Shown here piece by piece: positions 7,643 through 14,660 of a stretch of 14,660 nt of DNA. The translations under genes and the position numbers were made by a program. Under the pieces are notes generated by a model. That model was not told the DNA's origin. It ran no database searches and worked only from the letters and a program-made list of their open reading frames with translations. Position 1 is the first letter of the stretch. Every line of letters starts with the position of its first letter. Origin of the DNA: a bacterium (GTDB lineage Bacteria > Muiribacteriota > UBA6191); NCBI GenBank assembly GCA_036339875.1, contig JAYZAC010000174.1, positions 1-14,660 on the forward strand, read 5' to 3'.

Positions 7643-8743
7643 ATGTCGGTTACGTTTGAACATATATTTATTGATAGTGAAGTAAGCGATTCCAGAATTC
7701 CTGATCATGTGAATGAATACTTTCCTAATCAAAAGATAATAGAGGTACGCGGTTTTGAAGAGATTAAAAAATTTATTGATCGTAGTGATTCGAAGTCGAT
7801 TATAAATTCGGGTAAAAAATTACTTTATCTAAATAACTATAAAGGTGATGTCATTAAATATTGCCCGGCAAAAAGTCCAGGAGAGTATTTATGTTGTGAC
7901 CTGCATACGATCAATTTAATGAGTAATTGTATTTTTAATTGTGCTTATTGCATTTTACAAGCGTGCCTTACAAATCCCGTAATGCAGGTTCATTGCAATC
8001 TTGATCATATTTTTACTGAATTAGGCAAGTTTGATAAAAATGTAAACCAAACAATTCGTATCTGTACTGGTGAGGTTGCGGATTCGTTAGCCTTAGATAA
8101 TATTCTCCATCAAAATGAATACTTGGTAAGCTATTTTGCAGAATGTAAAAACCTATATCTCGAACTTAAAACGAAATCCTCTGCTATTGAAAATTTATTA
8201 AAGATAGATCCCAAGGGGCGAACAGTAGTTTCTTTTTCATTAAATCCAGAAACAATTGTAAACAAGATAGAGCTTCATACTTCGAACCTTGGAGAACGTT
8301 TGTCAGCTGCCAGACGCTTGATTTCAGCCGGTTATCATGTGGCATTCAATGTTGATCCTGTCTTATATTATGAAGGCTGGAAGCAAGACTATCGAGAGCT
8401 ATTTATGACATTGAAAGAACAGTTTAAACCGGGCGAAATTTCTTGGATGCATTTAGGTTTATTGAGATATATCCCCGGACTGGCAGGAATTGCGAGACAG
8501 AGATTTCCGGGAATTAAGATTTTTGACCAAGAGTTCGTGCAAGGGCCTGATCGCAAATACAGATACCCAAAGCCAATAAGAGATGAAATCTATGCTTTTC
8601 TTTACGAAAACCTTGAAGAATGGGATTTAACGATGCCTCGTTATTCGTGCGTTGAACAGTCTTCTCATTGGCGTAAATTTCATCCTCATATCCCCAAAAA
8701 TACTGCGCAAGTTAATGAACAGGTGTTGCAGCGAATAGTGTAG
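7643..8743 (+). CDS. Spore photoproduct lyase-like (SplB family) radical SAM protein
   Basis: CIFNCAYC radical SAM motif (C96/C100/C103), RICTGEVADSLAL, LELKTKS, VVSFSLNP, IELHTSNLGERLSAA, DPVLYY and DRKYRY are all SplB-family-like segments. Confidence 0.88.
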   Translation: MSVTFEHIFIDSEVSDSRIPDHVNEYFPNQKIIEVRGFEEIKKFIDRSDSKSIINSGKKLLYLNNYKGDVIKYCPAKSPGEYLCCDLHTINLMSNCIFNCAYCILQACLTNPVMQVHCNLDHIFTELGKFDKNVNQTIRICTGEVADSLALDNILHQNEYLVSYFAECKNLYLELKTKSSAIENLLKIDPKGRTVVSFSLNPETIVNKIELHTSNLGERLSAARRLISAGYHVAFNVDPVLYYEGWKQDYRELFMTLKEQFKPGEISWMHLGLLRYIPGLAGIARQRFPGIKIFDQEFVQGPDRKYRYPKPIRDEIYAFLYENLEEWDLTMPRYSCVEQSSHWRKFHPHIPKNTAQVNEQVLQRIV

Positions 8744-8754
8744 TAGGAGTCATT

Positions 8755-9660
8755 ATGAACCCGATAATGAAAGCATTTCTAGATTCTATTCAATTACCTT
8801 CTGAAACATCAGAATGTCTGAGACATTTGGAACAAATACGTGATCGAAAAGTTGTTGCAATAAGTATGCGAAATCTGCCATTTGATAATATTCATCTAGA
8901 TTTGTTAAAGCCACTGGAAATGATGTTACAAAATAGCTCTCCATCTCAGCCCGTAGATTTGTTTTTGCAAACTCAGTATCTACCGGGTACGGATACATTA
9001 GCTCTTCATCATTACCTACTTGATAATAAGGGTTCTTATGGTCTCATAATGGCGGGCAGTGGATTAGAAGGACTTGGTTTAGTATTTGGTGCTTCAGAAT
9101 GTGTTCTTGGTGGAAGAGCCGGATTTTTCCCTATGCCAACTACTGAAGACCGCTGTGCAGAATTGTTGCGTCTACAAGAAATAATTGAGACTAAGCATAT
9201 TCGTGACCCTGATAATAGTGGTTTATGTAATAATTTCTTGAAATTATTGGATCAAGACCCTCCTGAATCAGATACTGATCACATTCGACTGAAACGTCTA
9301 TTACAAGCTTATTTAGATCGTCGATTTGGTTCTCAAGCTCATCTTGGTCGTTATCTACTAATGACTTCTGGATTGAAGATTCAAGCGGCTGAGGCAATAG
9401 GAATTCCCGGTACCATGCTTCAATTAGAGGGTTTATACAATCAAATCCTTCAAATTAGTACTCGGATGGAAGGTAGTCAGCAGGTTAAAAAAGTCAGTCA
9501 TGAACATGGTAGTCCGATGGTCAATAATGCTGAAGAACCTTTCATTGCGGAAGCTCACCTCTGTGCAATTATGGAAACAGTTGAAAAACGGTATATCTGT
9601 TTTTGCGTAAAAGGTCTACCTGGATACGATACTCCTGGGATTTTGTGGGCTGAAAAATAA
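8755..9660 (+). CDS. Hypothetical protein, degenerate ClpP-class / SDH (serine dehydrogenase proteinase)-like fold
   Basis: AGGAG RBS at 8745-8749. LEQIRDRKVVA, VDLFLQT and LVFGASECVLG...GFFP parallel the SDH segments IExxRxxxVI, IDLILHTPGG and IALAADEIVM...LGP, but the catalytic motifs are eroded. Confidence 0.55.
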   Translation: MNPIMKAFLDSIQLPSETSECLRHLEQIRDRKVVAISMRNLPFDNIHLDLLKPLEMMLQNSSPSQPVDLFLQTQYLPGTDTLALHHYLLDNKGSYGLIMAGSGLEGLGLVFGASECVLGGRAGFFPMPTTEDRCAELLRLQEIIETKHIRDPDNSGLCNNFLKLLDQDPPESDTDHIRLKRLLQAYLDRRFGSQAHLGRYLLMTSGLKIQAAEAIGIPGTMLQLEGLYNQILQISTRMEGSQQVKKVSHEHGSPMVNNAEEPFIAEAHLCAIMETVEKRYICFCVKGLPGYDTPGILWAEK

Positions 9661-9712
9661 CATATTTTACTTTTTTGATTTAATACGGATTTATAAAAAA
9701 TAATAGCTCAGC

Positions 9713-9741
9713 TTTAGCTATGTGATCTGAGGTGCTATAAT
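9713..9741 (+). promoter_or_regulatory. Extended -10 sigma70-type promoter of the ATP-grasp gene
   Basis: TG-C-TATAAT (9733-9741), a perfect extended -10, with a weak -35 TTTAGC (9713-9718) at 17-nt spacing. Confidence 0.6.
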
Positions 9742-9875
9742 CCTGAGCCTGGCTGCAGCCGGCGCGAAGTGTTAGCTTCCATTTCAAATGGATGGATTTG
9801 GCTTTACATTCCTTGCACTAGTTGCAACATTCTGTAGTTTTTATAACCGTAACTTTACACGAAGGGTGTTAAACG

Positions 9876-11297
9876 ATGGAAAATATCAAAGTTCGTATCA
9901 TGGCTTCTCAAGATTGGAGCATGCGCTATGCAATGCAGGAGTTTATTAAGTTTGCGGATCCTGTAATTCGTCACAAAAAGAAAGAATATAAAATTGATTT
10001 GGGTCGAATTATTGCCGAACCATTAAAATGTGGTACTAATGTTGCTCCGCAAGCAGACGTAGTTGTCGATCGTACAATTCACTGGAATGATTTCTATAAG
10101 TGTTGGGGACAAACCGCTCAGAATTGTGGTGCTAGCATTTTAAATAGCAGTCTTACCTTTTCTAATCTTGATAAGCATAGTACTTACGATCTAATTGCCC
10201 GAGCAATGCACCCTAAGGACCGTTTTCCCACAACAGTTTTAATGCCCGATTTTCATCCTTACACAGAAGAGCAGTGGCGCGAGGAAATGTGGGGTCATGA
10301 GCAAAGTTTAATTATGAAGAATACCAAGTATGGATGGGATTCTAGTCGTAAAACTGTAGATATGCAGAAGGTAAATGAAAGCATGGGCCAGATGCAGCAA
10401 TACTTGAAGCGAGGACAATTAATAAGAGAACAGTTTTATCCTGGTAACAATTACATAGCAGATACAATGGAAAAGCACTTCAACAATCAGTATCCCGTTT
10501 TCCTTAAAAAGGCTTTCGGAGGAGGAGGAAGTGATGTATTTAAAATAGATTCCTTGGAAGAGCTCTATGAGAAATACGATCAAACTAATGGTCGCGTCTT
10601 TCATATTCAAGAAGCCGTCGAAAATTATGATGTTTTTATTCGTTGTATGGGGATTGGGCCAATGATTCTTCCAATGATTTTTCAGCCAGATACTCCTTTA
10701 CACGAGCACTACAGTCCAGAGAAAATTGTTATGGACCCAGAGATTTATGAACGCCTTCAAGCCTACGTACGCTTTATCAATAGCTATCATCGTTGGACTT
10801 ATAATTCATTCGAGTGTCTTGTTAAAGACGGTGCAATTCATCCTATTGATTTTGCTAACGCATGCCCAGATTCTAATTTCACATCATTGCATACCCATTT
10901 CCCATGGTTACTTTGTGCCTTGGTTAAGTGGATTTCATATGTTGCGGTAACAAAGAAAAACATGGGTATTGATCTAGAACAAGAGAAATATACAAAAGTA
11001 TTTATGAATCCCAAAAAGAGTCAGCAGGATAAGTTTGATTTTCACAAGCAGATGAGTGATAAGTATTTTGAGATTCAAAAATTTCAAGAATTCTGTGATG
11101 AAAACTTCCAAGATTTGGATGATGCAATGATTGCTTTCTATGATAATCATTTTGATCGAATTATAGAATTCGCCATAGAATATTCAGATTTCCCAGATTA
11201 TGAAAAAGGACAATTCTTTCATCACTATAAAAATATGATGGATACACTTTTTAGGCCTAATGCTAAGCGCTACTTAAGTACTGTAGTATTTGCTTGA
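9876..11297 (+). CDS. ATP-grasp fold protein (RimK / glutathione-synthetase-like, uncharacterised subfamily)
   Basis: DVVVDR, ILNS...DKH, FPTTVL, YPVFLKKAFGGGGSDVFKI (Lys plus Gly-rich lid), HIQEAV and NSFE...IDFANACPD (metal-binding D/E-x-x-N region). Confidence 0.8.
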   Translation: MENIKVRIMASQDWSMRYAMQEFIKFADPVIRHKKKEYKIDLGRIIAEPLKCGTNVAPQADVVVDRTIHWNDFYKCWGQTAQNCGASILNSSLTFSNLDKHSTYDLIARAMHPKDRFPTTVLMPDFHPYTEEQWREEMWGHEQSLIMKNTKYGWDSSRKTVDMQKVNESMGQMQQYLKRGQLIREQFYPGNNYIADTMEKHFNNQYPVFLKKAFGGGGSDVFKIDSLEELYEKYDQTNGRVFHIQEAVENYDVFIRCMGIGPMILPMIFQPDTPLHEHYSPEKIVMDPEIYERLQAYVRFINSYHRWTYNSFECLVKDGAIHPIDFANACPDSNFTSLHTHFPWLLCALVKWISYVAVTKKNMGIDLEQEKYTKVFMNPKKSQQDKFDFHKQMSDKYFEIQKFQEFCDENFQDLDDAMIAFYDNHFDRIIEFAIEYSDFPDYEKGQFFHHYKNMMDTLFRPNAKRYLSTVVFA

Positions 11298-11311
11298 CAT
11301 CAGATTTTTAT

Positions 11312-11344
11312 GGGGCCACTCCTGTTTAGGGGTGGTCTTTTTTT
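11312..11344 (+). terminator. Rho-independent terminator after the ATP-grasp gene
   Basis: GGCCACTCCT-GTTT-AGGGGTGGTC stem (10 bp including G-U pairs) followed by a T run, 14 nt after the stop codon. Confidence 0.85.
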
Positions 11345-11360
11345 ATAGGTATCTAATTTT

Positions 11361-11388
11361 TTGCTTTAAGGAGATATGTTGCTATCAT
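11361..11388 (+). promoter_or_regulatory. Sigma70-type promoter of the amidohydrolase/SGNH unit
   Basis: TTGCTT (11361-11366), 16-nt spacer, TG-C-TATCAT (11380-11388), immediately after the terminator. GGAGGAG RBS follows. Confidence 0.55.
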
Positions 11389-11406
11389 TAGTGGGGGAGG
11401 AGAAAA

Positions 11407-12558
11407 ATGCTCTCAGATATCATTAAAGTTAGACGAGACTTACACCGTATTGCTGAGTTGAGTTTCGAGGAACATCTCACTAGTAATTATTTAAAGGAAA
11501 GAATTGAAGCTCTAGGTTTGACGCCCCAAGCTAGTGCTGGGACAGGTCTAGTGGTTGATATTAACGGAGAAAATTGTGATCAGCAGACTGCGATTATGTT
11601 TAGAGCTGATATGGATGCGCTTCCAATTCTGGAGCAGAATGACTTTGATTATAAATCATGCCATGAAGGGATAATGCACGCTTGCGGGCACGATGCTCAC
11701 ATGTCGATAATTTTTCACACATTGGAATGGGCTGTAAAGAATAAGAGCAAATTAATAAGACCCTTGAAGTTTATTTTTCAACCAGCGGAAGAAAAAATTG
11801 GAGGGGCTTCTGTCATGATTTCTGAAGGGGTAATGCAAAATCCTGATGTTGCAGAGGTTTATGGATTACACATAGCTAATCGTTTACCCTCAGGTGTGCT
11901 GGGGGTTAAGAGTGGTATAAGTTCAGCTTATTGCGATGAATTTAAAATTAATATTGAGGGTAAGGGCGGCCATGGTGCCCGGCCTTATCAATGCATAGAG
12001 CCTATTATGATAGCCACTCGAATTATTCAAGATTGTCAGAACCTTGTAGCAAGGGAACTTTATGCAATGGATAGTAACGTCATGACGTTTACAACCATTC
12101 ATTCAGGGTCAGCTTATAACGTAATCGATGATCATCTCCAGATGGGAGGGACATTACGTACCCTTAGAGAAGAATCCAGAGAATTTATCGTATCTCGCCT
12201 CGAAAAAAAGTTTATGTCTCTACAGTCTGAATACGGATGTAAAATAGATTTCGAACTGATTGAAGGTTACCCAGCTATTCACAATGATCATAAATGTAGT
12301 CAACTTGTAAGAGAGATTGGAGCAAATTTAGAGAGTGTCATCGAGGTTACTGATGAGGGCATGGGTATGGGTGGCGAAGACGTGAGTTATTTTTTGCGCG
12401 AAGCCCCAGGGTGCTATTTTTTACTTGGTGTCGGGGGTGACTCCTGTGCCTTTTCTCCCCATCACTCACCAACATTTGATTTTGATGAATCCGCTTTGAT
12501 CTGTGGATATGAAATATTTACACAAATTATAGCTCGCAGAGCAATGATAAATACATAA
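11407..12558 (+). CDS. M20D family amidohydrolase (hippurate hydrolase / N-acyl amino acid amidohydrolase-like)
   Basis: RRDLHRIAELSFEE, FRADMDALP, MHACGHDAH, FQPAEE, GKGGHGA, GGEDVSYF and HHSPTFDFDE. Confidence 0.95.
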   Translation: MLSDIIKVRRDLHRIAELSFEEHLTSNYLKERIEALGLTPQASAGTGLVVDINGENCDQQTAIMFRADMDALPILEQNDFDYKSCHEGIMHACGHDAHMSIIFHTLEWAVKNKSKLIRPLKFIFQPAEEKIGGASVMISEGVMQNPDVAEVYGLHIANRLPSGVLGVKSGISSAYCDEFKINIEGKGGHGARPYQCIEPIMIATRIIQDCQNLVARELYAMDSNVMTFTTIHSGSAYNVIDDHLQMGGTLRTLREESREFIVSRLEKKFMSLQSEYGCKIDFELIEGYPAIHNDHKCSQLVREIGANLESVIEVTDEGMGMGGEDVSYFLREAPGCYFLLGVGGDSCAFSPHHSPTFDFDESALICGYEIFTQIIARRAMINT

Positions 12559-12562
12559 GCAT

Positions 12563-13969
12563 ATGCGCTATGTCTTGATTGGCCTGTTTATACTAGTAAT
12601 TGTACTGGAGATAACTCTCCAGTATCTTGCCAAAGCTGTCAATCCATACGGCTCTTATCCAGAATTCTTTGAAGTAGCTAAGAGTCAAATAGAACAGTCT
12701 AATTCCGATTCAACTGTCTTTTTTGTTGGTGACTCAACTATTTTTGGAGGTGGTGCATCCAATGAGAAGATTTACTCACTCCCAGCTCAATTTCAAAACT
12801 TATTGAAGCGAAGTGATAATTCTTTGAATGTCGTGAATCTTGGTTATCCTGGAACTACGGGTAAGGAGCACTTGGAGGTTTTAAGACTACTTCCCAAAAA
12901 TTCTAAAGTTATTATGCGGACTGGTATTAACGACTCTTGGAAGCGCCACGAAAATTATAAGTTACATATATTTGGGCATTATGTTGAGATAAGACTGCTA
13001 AAGCTAGGTATGATTTTCTGGTATGGGTGGGTACGGGATAAAACATCTGAATCTGCAACTACGGCTTATTTTGAAGAGTTACAGAGCTTAGCAAAACATA
13101 AGTCTTTTGATCTATATTTTGTTGATTATTTTTTAGGTGAAAAAACTTTCATGAATAGTTTTTTTAAGGATCAGCCTAATTTCATCCCTCTAGCACAAAT
13201 TCTGAATAATGCAGGATTTGCAAATAAACACAACAGAATTTCAAAACGATTTTTGAGTTATGACCTCGTCCATGCAAATGATCTTGGTTATCGACTGCAA
13301 GCTCAAGCTGTTTTTAATTGGTTTGCGGCGCGCACGAAATTAAATCTAATACCGTCACAGCAATTTAGCTTGACCGTTGATAAAGAGGCCCTGAAAGAAC
13401 TAAAAGATACGCTACAGTCATGGTTGAATATTCTTAGAGAGAAGAAGGTAGATTCAGCGGACCATTTTCCGTTTGCAATGAAAGCTGCATGGCAGTATTA
13501 CATAGCGACAGGTGATCAAACCATCAAATCAATCTATGATAAGTTAGCCAATATTTACATTCATATTTTTCATTCAATATATCCCATAACATATGCTCTT
13601 AATAGACGAGATAGGGTCAATTCTTCAGAATTGAGAGATTTGAAAATTGATAATCATAATGCTGAAAAATTAAATAGATGGTTTCAGTTGGTTAGAATTT
13701 TTAAGTATCGCTCTAATCATGATTATGTTTCTGAATATCAGGCTAAATTCCCCAAAATTATGAAGATGAATAAAACTTATTCAGATTATGCGAAACTTGA
13801 CCCTCCGCATCCTATAGAGCTTTGTCCACTTCTGATAAAAGAGACGGGCTATTCAAAGGAGGAATTTAGTGCGCTTGAGGATTGGGAATATATTTTTCAA
13901 AATAAATTTGATATTAATGATATCAATGAAGAGAATTGGAAAATTTGCGGCGGTATATCTTCTCCCTGA
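12563..13969 (+). CDS. Membrane-anchored SGNH/GDSL hydrolase with an uncharacterised C-terminal region
   Basis: N-terminal TM (VLIGLFILVIVLEITL), block I GDS, block II NLGYPG, block III GIND and block V DLVH. Confidence 0.82.
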   Translation: MRYVLIGLFILVIVLEITLQYLAKAVNPYGSYPEFFEVAKSQIEQSNSDSTVFFVGDSTIFGGGASNEKIYSLPAQFQNLLKRSDNSLNVVNLGYPGTTGKEHLEVLRLLPKNSKVIMRTGINDSWKRHENYKLHIFGHYVEIRLLKLGMIFWYGWVRDKTSESATTAYFEELQSLAKHKSFDLYFVDYFLGEKTFMNSFFKDQPNFIPLAQILNNAGFANKHNRISKRFLSYDLVHANDLGYRLQAQAVFNWFAARTKLNLIPSQQFSLTVDKEALKELKDTLQSWLNILREKKVDSADHFPFAMKAAWQYYIATGDQTIKSIYDKLANIYIHIFHSIYPITYALNRRDRVNSSELRDLKIDNHNAEKLNRWFQLVRIFKYRSNHDYVSEYQAKFPKIMKMNKTYSDYAKLDPPHPIELCPLLIKETGYSKEEFSALEDWEYIFQNKFDINDINEENWKICGGISSP

Positions 13970-14069
13970 GAATTGATATTTAAATTATATTTTCTGTAAT
14001 TAAAAGAGTCACGACTATTCGATATACTATGAAGTCCTGTCATAAGTATTTAATATGGGAGATCCTAAT

Positions 14070-14660
14070 ATGAATGACCAACAGATTTTTGAGCAAGCGG
14101 AACTGCTTTTTCAAAAAGGTTTGAATGCAGCTTGCATAGAACAATATTTGAAAATCGCTGATAAGCCTAGCTTAGGTGCCATTGCACATTTTCGTATGGG
14201 TCAAGTATATAATAGGATGGAGCATTATGAGCAATCTCGGCAGCATCATTATGCAGCGCTCGAAAATGATCCTAAGCTATTCTCAAATATTTTACCGCAG
14301 AACTTACCTCATAGAACCTATGTTCATCAAAAATTAGAATTGATCGACAATAATAATTGTCCCATATGTGGTTCTGAATCTGTGGCCAAAAGATGTTACA
14401 ACGTAGGTGTTAGTTATGACTTTACTCCGGGATTTGATCCCGTTCGAGTTTGGATGTATTGCGAAAAGTGTGATCATCTATTTGCTCATAACCGTCCAAA
14501 AAATTTAGAAAAAGTTCTGAAAGAAACAAAAATGAATTCAACCCTGACGCCTGACCCTAAGGCTTTTGCAGAGGAATGTAAAATTATTAAGAGGATTATG
14601 AGTTTTGCAAAGGGTGATAGTATTCTTGAAGTGGGTAGTGGTGTGGGTGAATTTGCGGGT
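14070..14660 (+). CDS. TPR- and Zn-ribbon-containing class I SAM-dependent methyltransferase (partial, runs off the right edge)
   Basis: Hand translation is open from ATG 14070 (GGGAG RBS at 14057-14061) to the edge: MNDQQIFEQAELLFQKG...AHFRMGQVYNRMEHYEQSRQHHYAALENDP (TPR-like)...CPICG...CEKCDH...SILEVGSGVGEFAG (SAM motif I). An alternative in-frame ATG lies at 14055. Confidence 0.85.
   Translation, partial: MNDQQIFEQAELLFQKGLNAACIEQYLKIADKPSLGAIAHFRMGQVYNRMEHYEQSRQHHYAALENDPKLFSNILPQNLPHRTYVHQKLELIDNNNCPICGSESVAKRCYNVGVSYDFTPGFDPVRVWMYCEKCDHLFAHNRPKNLEKVLKETKMNSTLTPDPKAFAEECKIIKRIMSFAKGDSILEVGSGVGEFAG

Noticed and set aside
8786..9397. Two minus-strand ORFs (70 and 68 aa)
   Set aside because: Antisense to the 301-aa gene, which has an RBS and operon context; no motifs.
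9745..9804. Cloverleaf-like fold considered as a tRNA
   Set aside because: Too short, with no proper acceptor stem, D-loop or T-arm geometry despite a TTCAAAT heptamer.
9799..9817. TGGC...TTGCA as a sigma54 promoter
   Set aside because: GG to GC spacing is 13 nt rather than the required 10.
10419..10950. 63-aa minus and 74-aa plus ORFs
   Set aside because: Both are nested within the ATP-grasp gene in alternative frames with no independent support.
11368..11426. AAGGAG-AT-ATG 16-codon uORF overlapping the amidohydrolase start
   Set aside because: SD-to-ATG spacing is only 2 nt, and the site lies within the predicted promoter, upstream of the probable TSS.

Overview
AT-rich, gene-dense bacterial chromosomal segment, probably from a diderm (one gene looks like an outer-membrane beta-barrel). 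I saw no rRNA, tRNA, CRISPR array or mobile element. Left to right: (1) a minus-strand operon of FAD-linked oxidase, YtnP-like metallo-beta-lactamase-fold hydrolase and a small thioredoxin-like [2Fe-2S] ferredoxin-type protein; (2) a small coiled-coil protein, ornithine aminotransferase (rocD) and a NUDIX hydrolase; (3) a DUF364-type protein and a YjbH-like putative outer-membrane protein on the minus strand; (4) a three-gene operon with a clear sigma70-type promoter, encoding a divergent ParB/Spo0J-like protein, a spore-photoproduct-lyase-like radical SAM enzyme lacking the canonical Cys/Tyr H-transfer residues, and a degenerate ClpP-class (SDH-like) protein; (5) a monocistronic ATP-grasp-fold protein with a GC-rich structured leader and a strong terminator; (6) an M20 amidohydrolase, a membrane-anchored SGNH hydrolase and a partial TPR/Zn-ribbon/SAM methyltransferase not in the ORF track. 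Units 4 and 5 are the best candidates for uncharacterised systems. All family assignments come from motif recognition by eye, not from database searches.
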